From Perkinsela sp. CCAP 1560/9 (lineage: Eukaryota > Protista > Euglenozoa: Kinetoplastea): DNA of 64,000 bases. The stretch spans positions 372,001 through 436,000 of the forward strand of contig CBFFSA010000002.1 of assembly GCA_965644495.1 (NCBI GenBank). The letters are read 5' to 3'. The position numbers and the translations under genes were made by a program. Shown here piece by piece: positions 52,954 through 62,504 of this stretch (the stretch's first letter is position 1; the number at the start of each line of letters is the position of its first letter). The notes beneath the pieces were generated by a model, which saw only the letters and a program-made list of their open reading frames with translations, was not told where the DNA came from and did not search any database.

Positions 52954-54729
52954 TTAAAGACTTGCTGCATCTTCGGCTTCCTCATTTAGGGAACTGTGCT
53001 TTAAAAAATTCTGAAATGACACCTCGTTTATAATTGTCGGTTGATAGTCTTGTACACACTTGCTATATATGGCGTTGTATTCATTATTTTCGTCGTAACA
53101 CCGTTTCATGTTATTATCAAATAAGGTGACTTCATCAAACAAGGGAACGTAAGATAAGAAATTTTGAGAAAATCTCTTATGAGAAAGCAATAGAGCTGGT
53201 ATAGGCACTCCCCGCCCTTTGGTAAGGTTTCGTAAAATAGATCTCTGGACAGCTTGAATTGGATCTACCGTAACAGCGAACAAAATTAATTTATACGGCT
53301 CTGACTTAACTTTTGTATCGCCCGTCTTAACAAAGTAGTGATCGCTTTCCAGATCGGCTTGCATCACGTAGGAAGAATGATCGTCACGAACGATGCGCAC
53401 ACAATCTTCTACAAACGGTTTCCATTGCATAGTGCCATCAAAAATAAAACTTTGACGTTTCGCAACAGCGTTAGCAAAAAGATGTGCGGCCCGTGTAACG
53501 CTTGCTTCGTGTCGTGATACCTCATCGTAGGATCCACAGGACGATTTGAGAGCGTCTGCCTCTATGACCACAGCTTGTCTGCAGGAGTTAAGCCACGCTG
53601 GACAGCGCAGCAAGGCAGATACCGCCGTGCTCTTACCGCTAGCGATACCACCCCCTAAAAATATTGCAAGCGGAGGATCATCTCTGCTTGCCGCAGATAG
53701 TATGTGCTTTTGTAGATTGTCAAGAGGGGAACAAATCTCTCGAATCGAGGCGTACTTTAGATGAACGGGCACGGTCGGAAATTTCCAAAATTTATTCTGT
53801 GCAACGCAGTCAGAAAAATGACGAACATTTTTGGGGCTTGTCGCCCATTTTGTTATTTCCATTACGTTCCAATGCTTGGAAGGAAAAACGTGGACTACTT
53901 CGAAATTTTCAATAAAAAGTAGCGTTGGGACGGTTGTGATGCCAAACCTGAGCAGGAGTAAAGGTGATCGGGCGCCATCAATTGCAACGACGTTCTTGCC
54001 ATGTACTTCTGCGAGTTGCCGAATATCAGATTCAAGAAGATGTACACTCCAAGGAGAAAGCAATGAATAAAAATACAAAAACATGGGATATTTACACTGA
54101 GAATGCTTTTGCACCGCATCCGATTTCGAGTATGCAAGTAGTGAGAACAAAGAACAGTCGTTGATATTTCTGTTCGAGTTGTCAGTATTACAGAATGAGG
54201 GCTTGTGTCTCTTTTGTAGAAGTCGCTTCATTCTGCAGTTGGCTTCTTCAAGGTCTTGTACATGTTTCCAGTTTTGTGAAAAATATTGATCGATACAGGC
54301 TTGAAGCACAGATAGAATGTGATCTCGCACAAACAAGGAGGTTTTCCTTGAACTATTCGAGCTAGCATGCTTAATTGATACCAACTTACATAGTCTGTGA
54401 TGTGTACATTCTGTTTCTTGTAGAAATCTGAGAGCATACTTTGAGAGCACACGACGGAGTCGAACGGGCGAAGAGCGAAATAAATATAAGCTGGCGCACA
54501 AAGAAACCAGAAAACGGTAAGAATTGGAAGTGGAAGGTTCCAGAACGGAGGCTGCATACTCTGCGAAAGAAAGTGAAGGCGGAATCCCGGATAGAGGAGA
54601 GATCGTTTTTAAGGATTCCTTGGATAGGGTCTTTTGACCAGCCTGACAATGCTTAGGTTTTGGCTTTGCTACCTTGGATGCCACCATGTCCAGGACCCTT
54701 CGTCTTACTGCGCTATGGATGCTAATCAA
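52954..54729 (-). CDS. Thioredoxin-like fold fused to a zeta-toxin-type P-loop kinase (NADKc-like)
   Basis: FYSLLSPWS...FGITTVPTLLF (Trx fold without CxxC); LGGGIASGKST, VIEADALK, DGTMQWKPFV; likely ATG at 54687. Confidence 0.75.
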   Translation of the reverse strand: MISIHSAVRRRVLDMVASKVAKPKPKHCQAGQKTLSKESLKTISPLSGIPPSLSFAEYAASVLEPSTSNSYRFLVSLCASLYLFRSSPVRLRRVLSKYALRFLQETECTHHRLCKLVSIKHASSNSSRKTSLFVRDHILSVLQACIDQYFSQNWKHVQDLEEANCRMKRLLQKRHKPSFCNTDNSNRNINDCSLFSLLAYSKSDAVQKHSQCKYPMFLYFYSLLSPWSVHLLESDIRQLAEVHGKNVVAIDGARSPLLLLRFGITTVPTLLFIENFEVVHVFPSKHWNVMEITKWATSPKNVRHFSDCVAQNKFWKFPTVPVHLKYASIREICSPLDNLQKHILSAASRDDPPLAIFLGGGIASGKSTAVSALLRCPAWLNSCRQAVVIEADALKSSCGSYDEVSRHEASVTRAAHLFANAVAKRQSFIFDGTMQWKPFVEDCVRIVRDDHSSYVMQADLESDHYFVKTGDTKVKSEPYKLILFAVTVDPIQAVQRSILRNLTKGRGVPIPALLLSHKRFSQNFLSYVPLFDEVTLFDNNMKRCYDENNEYNAIYSKCVQDYQPTIINEVSFQNFLKHSSLNEEAEDAASL

Positions 54730-54905
54730 AAGCTTGGGTCTTAATCATACGCTTGATGCACACGGAATTTCATAGTTATTCAACAAATTCTTTAACGTTC
54801 ATTCCATGTTGCTTCGTATAAAATATCGTATAAAATAATTGCTTCGTATAATGATACAAAATGGAAAGTGTTCAACAGAAATCCTGAATAGTTGTTTAGT
54901 ATAAG

Positions 54906-56528
54906 GTATAAAGGGGGGAACCTGACTTTCGGAAGTATAAAGGGGGGGTCTGATTTTTTGAAAAATCCGCGAAACAATTAAGGGGCTGCGTGTTAGATTT
55001 GTGAAACACCGCGAAACAGCGGTTTGTTTTTTGGTGTTCTAAGGCCGGTTTGTACCCCTATATGCTGAGGAATAGCGTGTATATATACATGTATGAGATT
55101 GAAACTATCTATATACACCCATGGACAGAAATGTGTCCCCGGCCTGGCAAATGTCAATTTTTGTATCCGTTTTTGCTCATTTTTGCAGCATTCGAGAGAT
55201 CTAGTTCCCCTAGCGAAGAACTTTGCCGCCTTTGCTTGATAGGGAATCCCCTGTGCCCCCTGTGCCCAAAAGACATGTTTTTTTGCCCATTTGTTTTGGA
55301 ACAGTGTCAAATTTTCTAGTATATCATCCTTTTTTCTCCCTGTTTTTTCTTCACGAGGACCCCGCCTCGTATAAGTCACAAATGAAACATCGCTTTGTTT
55401 GTTTCGGAGCGAACAGAGATAGTCAAACAGCATAAATCTACACAACCCACGGCTTCTTCTTGCATATCTTCAAGCCAATTGGGGGTGTGAGCCATGCAGA
55501 CGCCCACAAAGTAAAGGGCGAAACTATTCTAAGGGCCTTCAAAACACGACAAGGATTCTTAGAGTATTTGAAGGAAAATAAGGAAATTGTATGGGTTCAA
55601 ATGGATAGCGCCACAACCCATAATTTGGTAAAGCATGAGCTTATAAACTGTACCATTCCTCTTATGAATTGGCCCCCCAACTCTCCAGATCTCAATCCTA
55701 TTGAGAACGTTTGGAGCTTGATGAACAAAATGGTACAAAAAAAATTTAAGCCACATAACTATGTAACCCTGACAAAGGCCACAGAAAAGGCGTTTAATGC
55801 TCTAAAACGCGCCCCACATAAACAGAAAGTGTTGAATTCCATCAAGTCTGTTCCCAAACGTCTGCAAATAGTTATTCAGACCAATGGGGAGCATTGCGGA
55901 TATTGATACTATTTCCTTTTTTCTCATTTTATCATTGAAAGGGTGATGTTTTTTCTAGATGTCTAATGTACCATTTTTTGTTTTTGGTCTACTTTGGGGT
56001 CACCACCAGAGCACCAGTGGGTCCCTATGAAAAATAGGCGGCAAAGCTCTTCGCTAGGGGAACTAGATCTCTCGAAAGCTGCAGAAATGAGCAAAAATGG
56101 ATAAAAAAAATTGACATTTGCCAGGCCTGGGGCACACTTCTGTCCATGGGTGTATATGAGATTGAAACCCTCGATAAAATATCTTTTCTTGAGAGATCCC
56201 TGTTCATATAGAGATAGATAAAACTAGCAATTCTTTCTTTTAGCAGAAAGATATAGGTATATGTTGCCATAGAGCTTCCGACTCAGTCGGCTTTGTAACA
56301 AAAGTGTGATCGTATGCAAGTAAAGAAAAACATGTGAACAGTTTTTTTGAAATTTCGAGGTAAGATTTTTTAGGCGAAAAACACAATTTACTGATGCATA
56401 AAAACGAAGTGTGTACCTTCAAATGAATACTAGCGGAAACTCATCTAGACACTCATTTTTTCTTCTGAATGAAAACGGAAGTATAAAGGGGGGGTTCACC
56501 CCCCCGCAGTATAAAGGGGGGGTGACAG
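54906..56528. repeat. Four same-orientation GTATAAAGGGGGG(G) motifs bracketing the second Tc1 copy
   Basis: Copies at about 54907, 54935, 56481 and 56509; right end GGGGGGGTGACAG|TA. Confidence 0.6.
55116..56152 (+). mobile_element. Tc1/mariner transposon, internally deleted copy (1037 bp)
   Basis: Same TIRs with TA flanks; ~540-bp deletion removing most of the HTH region and the first catalytic Asp; start ATG changed to ACG. Confidence 0.95.
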
Positions 56529-56871
56529 TATAATAAAAGAAAAAAATATAAAAGGGGGCCCCGGTGGTCTGAAAACGGTTTAACGTCGGCCCCGATAGGG
56601 GCGCAAAACCTGAAGGTGACACAATCGAACTATAAGGAAACAGTCAGTTTTCTTGGCTACACTCCTTGAAGTATACCAAAGTAAGGTTTATCCTTTTCCT
56701 CTGACTATCGTATTTTCTTCGCATGTGTTATCTCGCGAATCTTCAAGAATGGCCAAGGGCAGGGGACTACCACGTGACATATCCGCCCTCAATTTCTCAA
56801 AAGTGGATATGTCACGTGTTAGGACAAGTGAGAGGATTTTCTAAATCCTTTAGAGTTTTTCTAAATCCCAC

Positions 56872-59022
56872 CTATTTCGTGTGTCTCTTGCTGCCGCAGT
56901 GGGTTTTAGATAAATGGGTGTTCGCCGATTGATTACTGACGTTTTTGGAATGTCCTGTGGTAAGGGCCTGCGATAATTTTCTGGTTTTTATCTTTTTCTC
57001 TCTTTTCTTTCGACAAAGTAATATTTTCTTAAGAAAAATTGCTGCTCCGCGTGTCAAAATAGTATCCAATGCTTTCTTCCACCTCACGTACTTCGTTGCC
57101 AACGATTTTCGAATATTTTCTTTAGTTGCACAGTAGTCGTTCCGGGTTTTCGACACTCTGCGATTGACGTAGTCTTGACGAGACGGGGGGAAAAGTATGA
57201 CATCTCGGATATCACTGCTCTTAGTTAATAACATAACTAGACGATCAATGTCAAGTCTCCAGCTCACTGTCGGAGGCATTCCACAGCGCAGGAGAGTCTT
57301 ATATTTTGGGTCAAGCGCGAATATCAACGAATCCTTTCCCTCATTTTGCGCTGCATATAAAGAATTTCTGTCTTCTAGATCTTTTAAATCAGAAATTTCG
57401 GCATTCGCACTACAGATTTCTACCCCATTGATAAACAATGTAAAGTATTCAAGAGTTTCGTGGGACTGGGTTGCTTCGCTCCAGGAACTCTTCGAAGTCT
57501 TCTGAGCAAATGGAAACATCCAAATAGGGTATTCTGTCAGAAATGTCGGATGTATTAGATTCGGTACAATAAATGTGTGCAACATTTTTTCTACTAGAAG
57601 TCTAGGTGTCGTCAATTCCTCCGTGGTGTTAGGTATCTCATTTCTCAGTATTTCTTGCATGAAAAGTATGCCCTCAGGAGTTTCTAGTGCATTGTAGCTG
57701 GGAAACTGAATTCCGAAATGCTTTTCCAAGGCGGATCGCACAGTACAACGAGCATAGGGAGCTGCAAAGTCAATTATTTTCTGATTGGAGTTTTGGTTCG
57801 ATGTGTTTGAATCGATACGCTCCACAGTAGAATACAGTAGGCTTTTACATCCTTTATTATGGTTTGGAGGTTCATATGTCGATTCGTTAGGCTCTTCAAC
57901 CTCAGAATCCTTGCCTGAGTATGGGGATATTGGTCTTGATTTATGAACCATATCTGCTGTTGCGTCTAAAGTAAGTGTATTTTCTCCCGTGGAAGAACTC
58001 GCTAAATATAGAATCATGGACTCGGTGAAGCCAATAAGATCGCCGTAGCAACTTCCATACGCCAAACATAATTCACAGGTAGTCGACTTACAGGAGAGCG
58101 TATTCTCAGAATCAGCGTTACTGTTTTTAAAAACGCGAACAATTTCGAATACTTTGGGCATACCCGCGACTATTAACTGTTTTAAATATGTATCGAAAGT
58201 CTTATCTCTCCGTGGTGCAGAACTATAAACACTTAGAGCTGAATCTGTGACTGATGTAGGGTGAGACACGGGCGTCTCTACCTCTACGAAGCCGTGAGCC
58301 TCAAGATGCGAGCGTAGAAAACGCAATAATGAGTATCTCGTTCGAAACTTGTCCATACTTTTCTCATTTGCCACCAAATCGAGAAATCGATATCGATAGC
58401 GGAGCTCCTGAGTCAAAGATGCTTGCGTACGTGGCATCAGATCAACGCACTGGTAAGGAGCTAATATTCGGATTGAAACTGTAAAAAGAGTTGGCTCTCC
58501 TTTTTCCGTGCGTCCTATGTGGCCCTCGGCTTCAATTATGTCTCGCAAACGCACATTATCTTTTGCAAACACAAAAGCATCTACCATTTCTCGCATTGAC
58601 CCCTGTAGCAACCTATTTTCTTCGGCATTCGAAGGCTTTCCAAGAACAAGCTGAACTTTCCCACTATCATGTCCAATTGTAAGAAATAACAATTTTCCCA
58701 TATGCCTTCTACTTAATACGCGACCACCAACTCTATACGAACGATTATTTTGGCTTACTTGTCCGGCTGATACAGTTTCTAATATGTTTCTCCTAAGTTT
58801 TTCAAGGTCTTCGAAATGTTTTAGTGGAGCACTTGTTGGGGACGACTGCTTCAATGTTTCCAAAGCCTGTGAAGACATTGCAACCGTAAAGCGCGCTACG
58901 GAAAACAATGGATGAAATACGCCAAACGTTCTTTTTAAGCAAGTCTGATGAATACACTTGCCAAAACAAGGTTTTCCCTTGAAAAAGATGCCTGTCATTA
59001 AATCAGAAATGACTAATCCCAC
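56872..59022 (-). CDS. Class II lysyl-tRNA synthetase-like protein, catalytically degenerate, with basic C-terminal extension
   Basis: OB fold (VGGRVLSRRHMGKLLF), RYRYRFLDL, FVEVETP, IDRLVMLL...IRDVILFP; motif 2 reads FKNS rather than FRNE; likely ATG at 58878. Confidence 0.85.
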   Translation of the reverse strand: MGLVISDLMTGIFFKGKPCFGKCIHQTCLKRTFGVFHPLFSVARFTVAMSSQALETLKQSSPTSAPLKHFEDLEKLRRNILETVSAGQVSQNNRSYRVGGRVLSRRHMGKLLFLTIGHDSGKVQLVLGKPSNAEENRLLQGSMREMVDAFVFAKDNVRLRDIIEAEGHIGRTEKGEPTLFTVSIRILAPYQCVDLMPRTQASLTQELRYRYRFLDLVANEKSMDKFRTRYSLLRFLRSHLEAHGFVEVETPVSHPTSVTDSALSVYSSAPRRDKTFDTYLKQLIVAGMPKVFEIVRVFKNSNADSENTLSCKSTTCELCLAYGSCYGDLIGFTESMILYLASSSTGENTLTLDATADMVHKSRPISPYSGKDSEVEEPNESTYEPPNHNKGCKSLLYSTVERIDSNTSNQNSNQKIIDFAAPYARCTVRSALEKHFGIQFPSYNALETPEGILFMQEILRNEIPNTTEELTTPRLLVEKMLHTFIVPNLIHPTFLTEYPIWMFPFAQKTSKSSWSEATQSHETLEYFTLFINGVEICSANAEISDLKDLEDRNSLYAAQNEGKDSLIFALDPKYKTLLRCGMPPTVSWRLDIDRLVMLLTKSSDIRDVILFPPSRQDYVNRRVSKTRNDYCATKENIRKSLATKYVRWKKALDTILTRGAAIFLKKILLCRKKREKKIKTRKLSQALTTGHSKNVSNQSANTHLSKTHCGSKRHTK

Positions 59023-59207
59023 ATTTTAATTTTGGAACGCTACTCCATTATTTCGGAATGGGTATAAAAAGGCCAAAAAAGAGCTAAGCGTCACTTTTAT
59101 TGCTGGCAACACAACAAACAAGGATTCCTACGAACAAGGATTCCATGCTTTGAATATAAGAAATGTTCTTACAAGATTTTCGCATTCCTGTTGTTTCTAG
59201 ATTTAGA

Positions 59208-61202
59208 TTAGACCAATTTTTGACTACCCAGGACTACAGATATATCTCTCATAGCTTGCTGAAGCGCATCACGCATACGCGTTCCTGATGACTTTCGTCC
59301 ACTTAAAAATGACGAAACAGAGCATGCAACCCGGTCCTCATGTATTACGTATCCTAGTCCGTATCCGTTTTCCAGGACGGGGCCAAAACAGTAAGACTCT
59401 GCAAAGGGGGAGAGCCCAGCGTTCGCGGTAGACATCTGCCAGCTCCCCGAATATCCGTATAGTGGATCGTTAAAGAAATCATTGGCATCTGCAAATACTT
59501 GTCCCTCAGATGCAGCCAGGGCTTTGAGTACCTGAAGATGTCGATCCACACCCTGTCCTTGTGACGCCAGTTTCACAAGAGAAGAGTGTCTTCCCGCAGC
59601 TTCGTATGCACACTTGTTGGCAACCTCTAAAAGCTGAGATGATGTCTCAGTCGGCTCTTCTAACCCTTTGCAGCGTACAAATTGGGCCATTTCGTTCGTG
59701 GCACTCCTTAGCGTCTCAGTTCTACCATGAAAAAAAGACGCCGTGCTCACATACTCCTGAGTAGGGGCCATGCGTCCACTAAGACGATAAAACGCGAGAT
59801 GAAAAGCCATTTGAATGAACGCATCAGGGGATAATTTGTACTTTTTCAAGCGAGAGCGTCCGAAATCTGCAACCACTATACCTTGATAAAGATTCTTTGC
59901 AGCACTTTTCCAAGATTGCTTTGCCGAGTTAAATACGCCTTGCATCGCGGTTGGAACTTGAAAATTCAGAGAGTGGTAGGGTGCATGATCGACCTTGCTA
60001 ATATCGAGTGCTGGAAGAGGCGTGTAGGGGGTAAGATGGGTGGTGCCATTTAGATGGTGCCACACCTCACCCATCCAACGTGCCCATGTAATACCATCGC
60101 TAAAAGCATATTCCAAATTAAAACCCACACATCCATCTTTGCTAACTATTAGCTGATGTTTGTCGAACCACCGATTGTTGCGGTCACTCCCAATACCGTG
60201 TAGTACAGCTTGAAGTTTGGCCTCGTGATCCGCGGCCGTGCATACATCCAAGCAAACAGTCATAAAAGCCGTTTGGACACGTTCAAGAAGCTCGCCATTC
60301 TTTGGAGAGGCATTGCACACTTCCTTAATATAACCAGCATAGTCTGTCCTGCCCCCGGTCGATAAAACCCCAACGGGGCAAGAATTTTCTTCCGTAGTTT
60401 TCGCCAGAATTTGAGTGAAACTACGTTCTAGAGCCCGGGGACTGTAGAAACTCCCATTCTCCTCGCCAATTGATACCTCGAACACATGTCCGCGATGGAG
60501 CACAACAATATGACGCGGTCGCAGCGTCGCTTTCCTTTGGTCCATACCCGCTTCTGGGACACGACAACACCCAAACTGAGAAGACATTTGAGATAAATCC
60601 AGCACCACTCCTCCTTCTTTTGAGGGGACAATATCCAACTCGCCTGCGACAAACTTGGCGTACCACCGGAGACAGGCGTGGACGTACTCGGCCGCCACCC
60701 CACACTGACTGCTCTCGATTCGAGGAATCGAACGCAACGTGACGGCCGGGGAAATGTTGATCGGGCTGGGGCCACGAAACGCCAAGTAGCCGTCGTCCCA
60801 CATGCGCTCTACGTAGTTGAACGGGTACTTTCCCGACTGGGCGAATTTGTTATCCTGTTGTCGTAACATGCGGTTCAATTTCTGTGCGGAACCGTCCTGG
60901 AAGCAACGCAGCTTTTCCATGTGCGCTCGAACCTCTACGTCAGACTTCAGTGGGGAAAGTGTGTCGGCGTACCTCTGGAGTGTGTGGGTCACGTTCGGTA
61001 TGGGTAATCGGGGAAGCAAAAGAGGATTTTCAAGGTACAAATTTTCAGGATTGTAAGTAATCTCTTTAGATGTCAACTCTGCGTTTGCCTTTGTAGAAGC
61101 GCGTGCGATATGCGGACTTGCTACGCCGACTATATTGCATATACTTTTCATTGTAAACTTGGAAAAGATCGCTAGATGTGAGTGACGTTCCGGATAATAC
61201 AT
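59208..61202 (-). CDS. Carnitine/choline acyltransferase family protein
   Basis: LPRLPIP, NRWFDK, SPDAFIQMAF, FFHGRTETLRS, GQGVDRHL, FGPV...GYG; EYAFSDG in place of EHxxxDG; likely ATG at 61151. Confidence 0.92.
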   Translation of the reverse strand: MYYPERHSHLAIFSKFTMKSICNIVGVASPHIARASTKANAELTSKEITYNPENLYLENPLLLPRLPIPNVTHTLQRYADTLSPLKSDVEVRAHMEKLRCFQDGSAQKLNRMLRQQDNKFAQSGKYPFNYVERMWDDGYLAFRGPSPINISPAVTLRSIPRIESSQCGVAAEYVHACLRWYAKFVAGELDIVPSKEGGVVLDLSQMSSQFGCCRVPEAGMDQRKATLRPRHIVVLHRGHVFEVSIGEENGSFYSPRALERSFTQILAKTTEENSCPVGVLSTGGRTDYAGYIKEVCNASPKNGELLERVQTAFMTVCLDVCTAADHEAKLQAVLHGIGSDRNNRWFDKHQLIVSKDGCVGFNLEYAFSDGITWARWMGEVWHHLNGTTHLTPYTPLPALDISKVDHAPYHSLNFQVPTAMQGVFNSAKQSWKSAAKNLYQGIVVADFGRSRLKKYKLSPDAFIQMAFHLAFYRLSGRMAPTQEYVSTASFFHGRTETLRSATNEMAQFVRCKGLEEPTETSSQLLEVANKCAYEAAGRHSSLVKLASQGQGVDRHLQVLKALAASEGQVFADANDFFNDPLYGYSGSWQMSTANAGLSPFAESYCFGPVLENGYGLGYVIHEDRVACSVSSFLSGRKSSGTRMRDALQQAMRDISVVLGSQKLV

Positions 61203-61350
61203 TCACAAACAATGTGCACAAACATGAGATACACATACAAACAACGTTTACTCACAAGGATTATTACCGTAGAAGTTCCTGGAGAGCATAATTCTCAACA
61301 TGGGTGTCGATACAATTGTTGCCAAACAATAATTGAGAAAATTTTGCTAT

Positions 61351-61950
61351 TCATTCAAGAGGAAACCCAAAGAATTCGTTTCGTTTTCTACCGAGCGGTC
61401 TGGGCTTCGTTTTCGCTTTTGCGAGGAGAACGCGTCGCTTAAATTGAGGCGATTCCACTCGATTTCGTACCTCGTCTTCAGATATCCCGAACGACCTCGC
61501 GACCTGCCTTGCTGTATTTCCCATTTGGATGGATCGATAGAGATTGATATCATCATGCAACGTAAACTGCGGACAGTATGAATATGGGTGACTAAAGGCT
61601 TGCTCCTTGTCCTCTTCAGCTACCGTAAGATCTACATAAAGTCCAGAAGGGGAACGTGGTTTTTTTGGCCGCTCTGGGATATCTTTGCCTGCAGGTTTGG
61701 ATTGACCTTCCTGCGTGACCAGTAGGCTAGCATTAGCTTGAATCGCTTCGTAGGCCGCATTGATTTGCTTCATTTTCTCGCTGCTGCCCCCATTAACATC
61801 TGGGTGAAATTTTTTAGCCAGTCGAAGGTACTGCACTCGTATTTCAGCTAGGGTGGGCTTCCCACATAGTCCTAAGAATGTCAGACTCTTTCTAACCAAA
61901 TCCGCCGACATGTCTGTACTGTCGTACTTTGCGTATGGGAGAGGTACCAA
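61351..61950 (-). CDS. DnaJ-domain protein
   Basis: YLRLAKKFHPDVNGG...KQINAAYE; probable start at MSADL. Confidence 0.88.
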   Translation of the reverse strand: MVPLPYAKYDSTDMSADLVRKSLTFLGLCGKPTLAEIRVQYLRLAKKFHPDVNGGSSEKMKQINAAYEAIQANASLLVTQEGQSKPAGKDIPERPKKPRSPSGLYVDLTVAEEDKEQAFSHPYSYCPQFTLHDDINLYRSIQMGNTARQVARSFGISEDEVRNRVESPQFKRRVLLAKAKTKPRPLGRKRNEFFGFPLE

Positions 61951-62504
61951 CTACACGATTAGTAGATAACAAATCATTGTATCATTGCGTGCAAACGCAA
62001 AAAGAAATCAGCTAAAAACTTTAAATAAGTTTATTTAAAGTTTTAAAGCTTCCGCGAACCATGCTAAAAATTGAATGACAGATAGCTTACCGACGCATAC
62101 AAAAAGGTAAACATGACAACACCTGAGATCACTCAAAATAAATTCGTCAGTGGAGAGAATATTGTACACTGTGGTGCGCATAGTCGCGACGCAAAAAAAA
62201 TATCCAACAAAGGGTAATGCTCAAAACCCAATTTGCATGGAATATAAGAGCAATTTATGCGTGATAACTACGTACTGTGATTCAAATCAGTTCAAACTAA
62301 TTCGAACTTTTTTTTGGGGGGGGGGATTCTTTTTTTTTCGAACATTAATTAATTGGAGGTTTTGCTACTCCACCCTAACCCAGCTATCGTACCCCGCAGC
62401 GGTACCAGTCCTGTACAGCCGCCTGTACGATCTGGGAACTAATTTGAGTACAAAAACCAAAAAGATGCAACATTTTTTAGTGCTAAAAGGCTAAACACGA
62501 TTTC

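Noticed and set aside
62373-62381. CCCTAACCC as a telomerase RNA template
   Set aside because: It overlaps a hairpin whose G-U pair favours the opposite strand; only 9 nt and no other support.
62379-62436. Hammerhead ribozyme
   Set aside because: The three-way junction lacks CUGANGA and GAAA on either strand.
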